Assembly: GCA_951406725.2 (NCBI GenBank)
Contig: OX597817.1
Span: 106,206,001-106,270,000, forward strand
Length of the DNA: 64,000 nucleotides
From: Octopus vulgaris
Taxonomy: Eukaryota
Direction: 5' to 3'
In this document: positions 14,603-27,900 of the stretch, piece after piece
Position numbering within the stretch: position 1 is the stretch's first letter
How the letters are laid out: each line of letters begins with the position of its first letter
Program-made: the position numbers and the translations under genes
Notes under the pieces: generated by a model
The model's input: the letters and a program-made list of their open reading frames with translations, nothing else
Databases searched by the model: none
Told to the model about the DNA's origin: nothing

Positions 14603-17600
14603 ATATAAAGTGCCAGTCACTTAAAGTGGGAGGAAGTTGTGGAAGAGGGAGAACCATCCAATACATGCCAGTACATGAAACAGATGTTAAATGATGATGA
14701 TGATATATAATTATCATTTAACATCTGCCTTCCATGCTGACATGGGTTGGAAGGTTCAATAGGACCCAAAACACTGGAGGACTGTATCAAGCTTTATGTC
14801 TGTTTTGATAGTTTCTATGGCTAGATGACCTTCTTTAACACTAACCACTTTTTTTTTCATAGCACTAGTGAGGTAACTTGCAAAACAAAAAGCTTCTTTT
14901 ACTGAGTGGGTAGTAGAGACGGAGTGGCTTTATGCCAAGTGGTAAGAGGCTAAAATATAATGGAGGGACAGAAACAGGTGTCTTGTATGTATGTGATCAT
15001 TGACAATCCACTCTGCAATGTTCTTACTATTTACTATTATGACGTCTATCTCTTTATTTGCTAATTCAAATATTTTTCTATTTGTTAGCAATAATTTTCC
15101 ATCAAGAGAGGTCATTTGGACCTCTTGATGGAAAATTATTATATAGGTTCATGTCTTAGCCCTGCTGGGTTCAGTGGTTAGAGATTCGGGCTCACAATCA
15201 TGAGGTAGTGAGTTTGATTCCCAAACCAGCTGTGTGTCGTGTTCTTAAGTAAGATGCTTTATTTCATGTAACTCCAATTTTCTCAATTCTTGAAATGTGT
15301 TGTGATATCACTGATGTCAAGCTGTATCAGCCTTTGGATATCATCCTTTAGATAACATCGGTGGTGTGGAGAGAGGAGGCTGGTATGCATGGATGACTGC
15401 AAAAAAACCTTACCTAGACTTGTGCCTCAGAGGATAACTTTCTAGGTGCAATCCCATGGTCATTCATGAACAAAGTGGGGTCTTTACCCTTTTACTGATA
15501 GCAATATAATAAATTAAGAGGAACATGAGACAAGATATTTAGATCTTTTCTAAGAAATCAATACTGTAGGTATATCATTAATTATTACAACACTGATACC
15601 ATGTAACAGTGGCAAGTTCCCAGCAAACCAGTACTGGTTCCCTGTCTTCTTCCTTCCCCATTTGGAATTATTTCACTTGCAATTCTAATACCATTGGGAA
15701 AGATACAAGTATCATCTTCTCTGCCACCTGAGGCTTTATGAGAAATAATATTAACTTTTTCATATGACAAGCATAGGTAAGTTAAAGTTACCTTCTCGAG
15801 TCGTACCGATTCACAAGAGCCAGCTTTCTAGTTTCATGGCATATAAATTCCCCACTGGGACAGGTCGTCAGTCTGTCGCAGGATTATTCATTTTTGCCAG
15901 ATGAGTGAACTAGAGCAGCGTGAAATGAAGTGTTTTGCTCAAGAACACAACATGTTGCCTGGTCCAGGGATTGAAACCACAATGTTACAATCATGAGTCC
16001 AACACCCTAACCACTGAGTCACGCGCTTCCACAAAAACAGTAAGTGGTTCCAAGACACGAAAAAACATTAAAAAAAATTTATTAGCTTAGATTTGTTTTA
16101 ATAAATGATTTGCACATATTTTCATATGTATTTTATTTCATATTCCACTTCTGTATTGGCTTTTAGGTATTTTCTTTTTTGATCAGCATAAGGCTGCAGT
16201 AAATGACATATGCCTAAAGTGCTGCATGGTGGGATTGACCCTGAAACCACATAGTTGGAAAGCTGGTTTCTTAACCACTCAGCTATGCTTTTTATATTAT
16301 TATAATATTGGGTCTTTAGGTCTCTATTACATGTTTAATTTGGGTTCTGAATTTCTCTGGGCACTTGCATTGATTATCTTCAGTAACATTTTCTAATAGG
16401 TATCATGCTCATTTTTATTTTGAATCTAAATTTCCAAATAAACTGCTCCCCATTCCTTTTTGTTTTTTACTTTCTTTCACTTTATAGTGATAAATTTGGT
16501 AGGATCAATGACAACAAAGTTATGTAATTCAAATCTTAAATTTTTTTTTTTCTTATCATTGATAAATCACAATAATTCTTGTGTGTCTAGCTATAAATAA
16601 GTTTCTTGAAAGATTATCATACCAAAAAATGAATGCTCCAATTCATATGCCCATATTCAAAATTTACAAAAGTTTTTTCACTCATGTTGACATAGGTATT
16701 TTTAACTTACTCGATATTTTTATTCTACAGTTTTTTTTTATTGTTTTTAGTGATAAAGAAAGTGATGATTTTCAGGTAAGTTTTTTTTTCCTCTTTATTG
16801 AAATAACTTTTGTTATTGTTTAGTTTATTTACTCTATTTAAAAGGTTTAGTAATTATTTGAAGTTTTCTTTTTCTGTTATTTCTTTTCTGAGCACTAAAA
16901 CTTGTCCAACTCCGACAACTGAGAGTTTTTAAAAAGCACCCTGAGTAAGAGAGTGTATTGCTTAATTTGTTTGCAATTCAATATTCTTAGGGCTCTGGTT
17001 ACTGTGAAAATTCGTTTTGTAAAATAAGATTTGATGATTTGGAGTTGCCAAGTAAAAGTGCCTGTGCAATGTCACCTAAAAGTGCCCATGCGACAGCATA
17101 TAATAGCACCTGTGTGGTAACACATAATAGCACCTGTGTGGCAACATGTAGAAATGCCCATGTGGTGACACGTTAAGTGTCCATGCCGTGACTTGTAAAA
17201 GCGCCCATGCAGCAAAATGTAAAAGCACCCGTGCGGCGACATGTAAATGCGCCCATGTGGCAACATGTAAAAGCACCCGTGCAGTAACATGTAAAACCAC
17301 CTTTGTTGCCAGTAGGGGTAGAAGCTTCCTAAACTTTGCCCAGGCTATTCTTATTCTAGTGGTAACACTCTCTGAGCATCCACCCCCCGCTACTAACTTG
17401 ATCACCTAGGTAGCAGAAACTATCAACTACTAGTTTCTTCCCCAGGAGTGTAATGGAATCTGTTGTCTGAGTATCAATGGTGTCTATTGCCCCTGTGCAT
17501 CTGCTGCACACGAAAGCTATCTTCTCAGTTAATTTTTCTTTGATGTTGCTGCACCTTTTATGTGTCCATAGCTTACACTGGGTACATCTTATGGAGTTTA

Positions 17601-18949
17601 CCTACACCTTTTCTACAGATTAAGCAGGGCCACCTATCTGAAGGGGTGTGTGGTGAGTTTGCCTTCCTACTTACTAGAACTTTGGACTTTGCTACATTGA
17701 CTCTAAGGCCTTTTGATTCTAAACCTAGCTTTCACACATGAAATTTCTTCTCTAGTTCTGGTAGTGATTCTGCTATGAGGGCTAGGTCATCAGCATAGAG
17801 GAGCTCCCAGGGGCAACCCGTCTTGAATTCCTCTGTTATTGCCTGGAGGATTATGATGAATAGAAGACTGAGGTCTGAGCCTTGGTGGACGCCAACTTCT
17901 ACCCGGAATTCTTCACTGTACTCATTGCCAATCCTAACCTTACTAACAGCCTCTCTGTAAAGGGCCTGTACAGCCCTTATTAACCATTCGTCAATCTCCA
18001 GTTTCCGCATCGCCCACCAGATAAGGGATCAGGGGACCCTGTCAAAGGCTTTCGCCAAGTCCACAAAAGCTAAGTATAGGGGTTTATCTTTGGCTAGGTA
18101 TCTCTCCTGCAGTTGTCGAGCCAGGAATATGGCATCAGTGGTGCTTCTACCCAGCACAAAACCGAACTGCATCTCATCCAAGTTGACTCTCTCCCTAATA
18201 AGTTGGGCTATGACCCTCTCCATAACCTTCATTATCTGATCCAGCAGTTTGATACCCCTATAGTTATTTATATCTAGAGCATCACCTTTACCCTTGTAGC
18301 AGTTGACTATGGTACTGCTACGCCAGTTGTTGGGTATGACTCCATCATGAACAACCTGGTTTACAATGCGGGTGACTAGGCCATAGCCCGTACCACCTGA
18401 TGTTTTAAGCATCTCAGCAGTGATTCCTGATGGGCTTGGGGCTTTTCCTGGCTTCATACCTCTAATTGCTTTGTCTGCTAGGGAGCTATCTATACGGATA
18501 GCTGGTCCCTCTACTGGGTCAACACTTGGCAGGCTCTCCTCCTCCCATTCATTCTCCACATTCAGCAGTCTTTCATAATGGCTTCTCCAAGCACTAAAAG
18601 CAAATGCACCATCATCCATTCGAACACATTTCTCTCCTGTGATATCACAATTTTCTTTCACACAGTCTTGCAATCTGAAATACCTCAGTTCTTGTCCTCA
18701 CGTCTCTGGACATCGGCAAACTTCTTTTCCGCTTCGCTCTTGGCTATGTATACCTGCCACCCAGCCTCTCTTCTGGCTACATGGTACCCTTCCCTGCTAC
18801 CCCCATCCTTCCAGGCCTGTTTCTTTGCCCTAACGGCTTTGTCTACCGTACTATTCTACCACCACGTAACTCTAGGTCTGGAAGGGACTTTGCACCAGCC
18901 ACAGACTTGGTCTGTGGCACTCAGTAAGCTGTCTCGTAGGAATTTCCAG

Positions 18950-18993
<44 letters not shown>

Positions 18994-21900
18994 GCACACA
19001 TATATACACATACACACGCATGCATACATATGTATATACATTATCTCTCTCATTTTTACTTATAGATACCTGAACGAAATACTCTGATATTTTATCAAGG
19101 TGAAAAGGAAAATGAACAAACTACATATGAAGGTAAGTTAATACCAATGTTTCCCCTTCCTCTAGGTTGTAATAATAGTAATTTCTTATACAGGAACAAT
19201 GCCACAAGTAATGCAAAAGGAAAATAAGAGTACATTTTACTAGATCGACCTTACTATTTGAGTAATACTTATTTTATCAATCTCAGAAGGAAGAAAGGCG
19301 AAACTTCTGCCCTGCTACATTTAAATTTCAAATATAAATGGATTAAACTAAATATTGTACATTCTAAGTTTAAATTCATACAGGGTTAGCTTGTCCTTTC
19401 ATCTCTTAGAGATAGATAATTACCAATAATTATCTTGGAATATTCATCATCATCATCTTTCCGTTTTCCAAGCGGGCATGGGTTGGATGGATTGACCAGA
19501 GCTGGCAAGCCAGAGAGGTGCACCAGGTTTGTTTGGTTTGGCTTGATTTCTACAGCTGGCTGCCCTTCCTAACACCAACCACTTTACTGTGTAAGCTGCT
19601 GGGTGCTTTTAACATGGTACCAGCATAGGTGTTTGTGTGTGGCACCAGCACAGACTCTTACAGGTCAATCCTCTTCACCAGAGGATGCAGAGGTGCCAGG
19701 TATCTTGGTCCTTTGACATCTCTTGACTATTTAAAAAATAATCCTTTTTTTTTTATTATTTAATGTAAGTAATTCAATTTAAAAAGTTTGCTACCTTTTT
19801 ATTCAAATGTTATTAATCTGTTTTGAAAACATTCCTTTACCATAAAGTTTCACTATTTTAAACCCTTTTTGATACCAACTCTCCAGAGATTTCTTTATGT
19901 TCCATGATACAAAACTTCCTGTTTTAAAGTATTCATATTTAAATTAAAACTTTCCATTTTATAGTTTAATGTCAGAACCTTTTAAGATACATTCCAAGCA
20001 CCACCTTAATTAGGGCAGTTAGTTTACTAATTTCCTCCAAAAACTTGATTTTCAAAATTAATTGAAATATCATAGATTGTGTACTTATATAAACATATGT
20101 ACAGGAAAGGAGTAAAAATGACACTTTCTGTATTATAGATCTTCCTGATGAATTTTTTGAGGTTACAAAAGCAGATGTGATGACTATGATGCATGATCTT
20201 CAGAAAAGATTGTGAGTTAATAAATAAATTTTGATTATTTTTTTATTTCATTTTTTCAATTAAGTGTAATTCTTATTTATTCATTTTGTTTTGAATTAAT
20301 CATGCACTAGCTTCAAGATTTCAATGATGTGATTGTTTATTGTTATGACTCTGTAGGATAAATGTGAGAGGCCTGATCTGGCTGGCTTTAGCATAAAATA
20401 AGTCAATTATTTGAGATGGATATAGCTGGCTTAAATACTAAAAGAGTTAAACAGTATAACTTCTGATTTCCATATATATTTCTCCAGACCTGTGTCTCAC
20501 ATAGCTTTAGTTCATGTTTGTATAATTTACAGGTATAGGTGTCTTGGAGCTGGAATAGATTTCTTAGAATTAACAAAATAATTCTGAGTTGTCACTGTTT
20601 AACTCCAGCTCAGTTCTGATTGACCAAAACCATGACCATCCTGTTTTTTTGTATATCTAAGACTAAGTCACTACAAGATAACTCCAACTTATTTTGGAAA
20701 ATCCTTGTTTTTCAGTGAATTAAACTGAAGTTAAGTAAATCTAGAAAGCAATGTAATCATATAATATACTAATATATTATAATATTCCCTTCTCATTATA
20801 TTGGGATTTCAAAGTAAAAACAAGACTTGATATCTAAGTATCTCAGAAATTTTAATGCTACACAAGTTTGCACAGTGCTGTCTATGGGTATTATGATAAT
20901 CATATCACATTATCTCATTTAAAGTCACAATGTTAAGTATAGGAATATGTCGATAATCTCAGCAACAAACTATATATTTCTTGTCTTAGTCTGAGGAAAA
21001 CCAGTGCCTACATTTGCAGGCCATCCAAGACTAATGAAATTTATACAGTTGTTCAGACTTCAGTAAGTCAATATCTGCAGGAAAAATAGGGACTGAGAGG
21101 GAATTCCAGAGATGATATTGTGAAGAGGAAGAGTTGGGAGGAGTTGTTCATATGAGAATTAGGGACAGAGATATAACAAGAGGTGATAGGTGGATCTGAA
21201 GGAGATAATGCATGTAAGAAACTAATTCAGAGGAACATTATTGTAATGATGAGAGAATAGTGATGAGCCAGCATATCTGTAGATCAGAATTTTGTAGTGT
21301 CTTGGTGAATCAGTTGGATGGCATTTTTATTGATGATAGTAGGGGTCTAATGTTTGTGTCTTAGATGTGGGGGCAGTATTCCATTATGGGTTTTACTCAA
21401 ACTTTGTAGAGGGTCAACTATTGATCAGAAGTGAAATATTTTCTGACCCTGAAGGGGATGTCTAGTCTCTGGGATACAAATTTAACTATGTTATGTATAT
21501 AGGGGTCTCTAGGAAGAATCATTGAGTAGCCATTTTAAGGGGTTTTGATTGCATTTGGTCTAATCTTGGAGAAAGCAAACTACAAGGTTGCTTCCTTGAT
21601 CTAGCCTGTGATTTTGTTTTGTGCTTTTGAAGGAGACTAGATTGTCTTGTTCCTTGCTGAAGAAGGTTTTTGATGTCTTTGTTCAAAGAGGATTTCTGGT
21701 TCAGTGTGAGATATCTAGGTTGTATTTTGGTAAGGTAATGCTTATGTGTTAACGGTTACAGAATTGTGTGTTATAAGTAAGAATGAGAACTGGAAGTGTT
21801 TTGGGGCACATAATCATGCTTTGTGCTACATCAGAGTTGTTCATTTGCATCAGAGAGAGTCAGTGCACACAGTAATCCAAAGAACAAGACAAATTAATTC

Positions 21901-24900
21901 CATATAGTAAGCATAATCTCTCATGCTAGACATGGTTAAAGGTTTTGCGGATGTCCAATGAAGCAACATTACTTTTGCTGAACATCTTTAGGACAAAGTA
22001 CCATTTGTAATATGGAAGAGCAGATTCCGAGATCTGGAGTCTAAAAAAAAACAGTCATAGTCAATGAAGAGAGAAAGAGTGTGATTTGAGATATTGGAGA
22101 AGGTTATTGCTTGCAGCTGCTTCCATCATGTTTTATATGCGATAGTGAGAGAAATAGTGGGAGCAGTAGGTTGGCAAGGTTAGAAAGTTTGCCCTTTTTA
22201 TGAATACTAGTATGTTTCCAAAGATTGGATTAGCTCTACATAGAGAGAATGATTGAAATATTTAATACTGATATGAACTTTCTCTACTTTGATCATTTGA
22301 AGACAAATGAAAGAGCATTGTCAGGGCTGGTAGCATTACTGGCTTTGAGTGACCAGAAGTGTGGTGAGACAGCAGCTTTGCTGAGTGTGTGCAGTGTGGA
22401 GTTGTAGACAAATGTGGAAGATTTTTCTTTGATAGAAGTGTTTAAGGAGTTGTTATCATGGTTGAGAGGTAAGAGTAAGAAGTTACCACAAAGTCAACAA
22501 ATCCTCATGGCAGGGGACTTGAAGGATCAGCAGCAGTTGGTAAATAATGAAAACATCATTTTGATTAGTAGTCTTGTAGGTGTTGTGGGCCTTGTTCTTC
22601 TCCTGTACTGCTACGAGGGGCGTTCAATAAGTAATGCCCCTGACCCACTTCCCATAGCAGTAGAGCAACGAAACTTGGCACAGTTATTAGTCTTTTTCTA
22701 CATAGGAACCACCCAGAGTTACGCATTTCTCCCATCGTTTGATGCAGCTCTGAAGACCGTTTTTGTAGAAGACCCCAGCTTGGTCCTCCAACCACGACGT
22801 GACTTCAGAAATCAAGGCTGCATCATCTGGGAAACGCTTTCCTTTCAAAAACAACTTCATGGCTGGGAAGAGGTGAAAATCAGAGGGTGCAGGTCAGGAG
22901 AGTAGGGAGAATGGGGGATGAGTTCATAGCCGCACGCCTGTGCTTCTGATCTGGCGACACGCGAGTTGTGGATTGGAGCGTTGTCCTGCAGGAGGAGGAT
23001 GCCTTTGCTGATCTTGCCCCGCCTCTTGATTTTGATAGCTTCTCTTAATTTCCTCAAAAGTGAAGCATAATAGACTCCTGTAATTGTGGCACCCTTTGCC
23101 AAGAAATCTGTCATCATTACTCCGTCCTGGTCCCAGAAGACTCTGAGCATGACCTTGCCAGCGGAGGGCTGCACCCTTGCCTTCTTTGGAGGAGGTGAGT
23201 CACGGTGCTTCTACTGCATTGACTGGCTTTGGTCTCTGGATCATAGTGATGGACCCAGGTTTCATCCTGTGTAATCAGTCTTTTGAAAAATTTTGACTCA
23301 TCTTCTTGGCACATCTTCAAATTGATCCTCGTGCAATCGACGCGTTCTTGCTTCTGGAAAGGTGTGAGCAGCCTGGGAATCCATCTGGCAGACACCTTTT
23401 GCATATGCAAATGGTCATGAATGATAGTTTCCACAGACCCGGTACTAATCTTAACCTCATGGGCTATTTGGCGAATAGTTATGCGTCGATCTTCCAAAAT
23501 GGCAGCCTCAACTTGACGGACAGATGCCTCATCAATGGCAGAAGGGGGCTACCAGATCTGGGAACTGTTTCCACAAAGTTCCGACCATGTTTGAATTCAC
23601 GATGCCAGCATTTTACAAGGTCATATGATGGGGCATCATCATCATAAGTTACTTTTATTTCATCAAAAGTCTCCCGTGGTGTGCATCCTTTCAAATACAA
23701 AAACCGCATCACTGCTCAACACTCAACAGGCTCCGTTTCACACTTGACTCAGTTCAAACACCTGTAAATCAGAAACCACAATTAGTTCAGAGCTGTAATT
23801 TGCCACTTAATCTATAGAGATATAAATAATTGCACATGAAAAATTTCAGCTAGATCAAACAACTGCAAGTGGGTCAGAGGCATTACTTATTGAACGCCCC
23901 TCATACCACGCAAACTGTACCAAAGCACTCAGCTGCTATACTAAATAAATGTCTCTCCAACTTAATATTTTTGAATATTTAAAATTATTATTATGTCTCA
24001 TAATATCTTAAAATAACTATATTAAATTACATCTCACTGATTCTTCACAGAAATTACATTGTATAAAGTTAGTTCATAGTGATTTTTCTTTATGGCAATT
24101 CTTTGAGATATCCAAGTTCTTGAATAAAAATATAAATATTTAAATATTTATAACAAAATATAATATTTAATGAAATTGTTAATTTTTTTTTCTTTTAATG
24201 AAAGGAAGATATCTGTTCTGGCTCTAAGAAATACTTTCCTCAAATGGCTTCCTGAAATGTCATCTAGACATTTAAAATATACATTTTAAAATATATTGTT
24301 ACATGAAAACTAATTTGTGTTTACCATTTATTTTGGTGTATATGAACAGCCAAGAGCTTGAAAACGTGCCTTTAATGACAAAGTCTGCAAAAGAAGCTAA
24401 ACTGTTTCAAAAGTATGCAAAATACAAAGCAGCAACTATAAGAATACATTTTCCTGATCGTATGGTATTGCAGGGAACATTCCATCCTAAAGAAGAAGGT
24501 ATGTAGATTTTTATTTCTAGAATATTTTTGTAAATAGTACTTGTCAAATAATTCAGTATAAAGTTGATAATACAGAAACAAATATATTTATAACAAGCAC
24601 TCAGAGAGTGCAAACGTTTGCCAAGGCAATACCAACGTCCTCTCAACAATTAGCCAGAGATCATTTTTAAAATGAGAATATCTCTTATTATAAAAGGCAG
24701 ATTTTATCTGCCTCCCTTTGTCTCTTATAGAAATCTACAATATAGGATTTCTTCAATTACAATTTACCTAGCATTTTTAAGAGTAGAATGCATCGGGTCG
24801 TGCCAAGTCCAGTTTTTAAAATTTCAACCCCAATTAAGCAAAATTTAGAGAAAACTCACATTGTGGTGTGTGAGTTAAGTGCTTTTCTTAGTGTGGGCTA

Positions 24901-27900
24901 TAGCACACGCACACACACACACACACACAAACGGAGCGATCTGATTCACTCACGCTATCACTCTAATTTCTACGACTTTCTCTTTGCAAGTTTGCAACAA
25001 TTAAAGTGAAACTACTTCGATAAAACAAGAGAAGTGTACCTTAAACCACTACTAAAAAAAAAAAAACACAGCAAACAGAAACAAATAAATACATAACGAT
25101 TTACTCCTCACACAATTTCTTCAATTAGAGTTTACCCATGATTTTTCAAAGTACTTCCATTGGGTCATGCCATACAAAATTTCTTTCAATTTTACCCCCA
25201 ATTAAGACAAAATTCGAGAAAACTCAATATTTTAACATTTCACTCCGAAAGCATTGATGTACATGTGTGCGTGCGTGAGTGTGTGTGTGTCATTCCTCAC
25301 ACACACGCATACACATATATGACAGTGACAAACACAAACGTTTCAAACAACTACATACAAACACGTGTGTGTTTGTTATTAGTAAAAAAGGCGCCAAAAC
25401 ACAACTCACTTCTCATTCCAACACATTTGCAAAGACACACGGACGGTCGAATTGCTATAACAATACAGAAAAGGTAAATTGGTTTTTATTTTACTTTCTG
25501 TCGTTAAATTTTGGTAGTATTAATTGGCGAGCCGAGCTTGCAGTATGAAACAGTGTTTATGTATAAACAGATGACACTTATATATAGTTATTAATAAATG
25601 TATGCATCCGTTTAAAAGAAAAACCAAAAAATATTTTATTCTTTATAAATGTTGTGTTCAAAATAACATTTTCTTTTAAGAATGTGTATATAACAAAGTA
25701 TGTGTATATAACTACGTGGCTTATATCTTTATATATAAAAGTGAAGTTGTGTGTCTGTCTCCTACGATTTAGATTCCTAACTACTCCCACATTTTGCGGT
25801 GCAGTGTAACCAAAACCGGATATCTTATAGTCGTGATTCATATCGAGCCCTTCTGGGTATTAGCATGAGTCTACGATTTAAAAAAAATTTACCATCATAT
25901 TTTTCCATTTTAATGCATTTTTTTCGCTATTATATAAGGGAAGTAACTCTCTAAAAATATCTACAAGATATAATCAGTTCATGCCAGTCACGAGGCCAAA
26001 CATCCCTGAAAGTTTCATCCAAATTTACCTTAATTTTTTTTCCATTTTTAATGCATTTTTTTGCTATTTTTTGGCTATAACTCTCTAAAAATGCTTATAT
26101 AGTTATTTCCCTTACAAACCCGAGCAACGCCGGGCGATACTGCTAGTCTGAAATAAACTTGACTGCTCTCACAAACAAGAATACTAAAAATGAACCCGAC
26201 CGCTCTCAAAATTAAGTAAAAAAACGGAAAAATAATCCAGAATCCTTGTTTGGTACTTGATTGATCCCAAAGGTAGTCATGGAATGTGAAGGTGGCTGTA
26301 GAAAATTTAGTAACTGTAATAAATAGTTTATCTTTATCTGATACAAGCCAAAGTTAACAAATTCACCATTCAAAATAGTTACAGCCTTATAGGAAGATAA
26401 TTGAGAAACACTTGAAAGTTAACGTAAGATCGTAATCAATCCAGAATCCTTGTCCGGTACCAGATCAATCCCAAGATATAATCAGTTCATGCCAGTCACG
26501 AGGCCAAACATCCCTGAAAGTTTCATCCAAATTCATCCAGTGGTTCTTGAGATATCTTGCCCACGGACAAACAAACAAACAAACACGACTGAAAACAATA
26601 CCTCTGCCTTCATTAAGACAGAGGTAATAATCTAGCATAGAATGAGATATGTATTTTATATTTTCTACTGCAACAAGTGAATAATTGTGTGGTCCATAAA
26701 GCTCAATAAAACTGAAATAAACTTTTAAATGTTTTCATACAAAGATAAGAATAAAATTAAGTAAATTAGGTAACTATGTAGTTATTCATTTTTTCTCTTT
26801 TACTTTGAGTTAGAGGATATGTAGGAAGAAAAATTGATGAAAAATTACAAATTATGATACCTAGGATTCATGGGTCTTTCTGTAAACACAAATTAGTAGG
26901 GAACAGCTCTTGACAAGATAGAAATATACTAGTACACTCAAAGTTAATACAATTTATATTTAGGGTTGTTTCAAGTCAAGTAAAGATGTAAATTAAAACC
27001 AGAAGTCCATTTCATTTGTTTGAAATTCCTGGAATAGTACCCCAAACAATTATTTTCTAGAAACAATATCCTTAAAATTTATCAGCAGTAAGTTTGATAA
27101 TCTAATATGGTTGCACATTTATTAAATATTTCTGTTTAACTGTAAAGATGAGAGGAATGACACCTAAATAGATCATCAAGGAAACAAAAGACCATTCTGG
27201 AGGGTTATTACATATTCAGAAATATTTTATTTTATTGAACTATGGCAAAATATTCAGGAATGTGTAAATATTGACGATGGAAATATTTGGCTTGTATTTA
27301 TTTCTTTGGAAACAAAGATAATTCAAGGTTTGCTCAGAAGATATATTAAAGAAATAAGTCATAGATAATACCAAGTTCTGTTACTGTAATCATAATTTAT
27401 TGATATCATTAATCAGTGTAATTATGTGTTAATGTTACAGTGGCTGCTTTACATCAGTTTGTGAGAGACAACTTAGAAGATAGTAACACAGTATTTCATC
27501 TCTGTAAGTATGATTAATTAATTATTGTCTTTTCATTCACTTTCCTGTGTGTATGTGTGAGCATCATTCTACCATGAAAAAATTATTTCTAGAACTCTCG
27601 AACAAAATTATTGTTATATGAACTACAGTGTGTTAAGCATTCTTGCTGGAATAAGCCTTTCAGCATAATACAGTTTCATTGCTAATGATAATCCTACCCT
27701 TGTTTCCTTTCCACATAAGGATTCTTAATCTCAGATTAAGCACACTACATTGTATATAAATTATAACACAAAAGTAATCTTTCATTTGAAACTAGTTGTA
27801 ATTCTTGTGAACTAGAGAACTAGAGCTGTTCTCATTTACAATTTTAATAGTTCTACATACAGTTATTATGTATATGGCTGGTAAATTATACACCATTAGC

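Noticed and set aside
17051-17298. Regularly spaced repeats resembling a CRISPR array
   Set aside because: Units are contiguous degenerate 20-mers without unique spacers, the context is eukaryotic, and there are no cas genes.
22414-22905. 163-aa + strand ORF
   Set aside because: Antisense read-through across the LINE/mariner junction.
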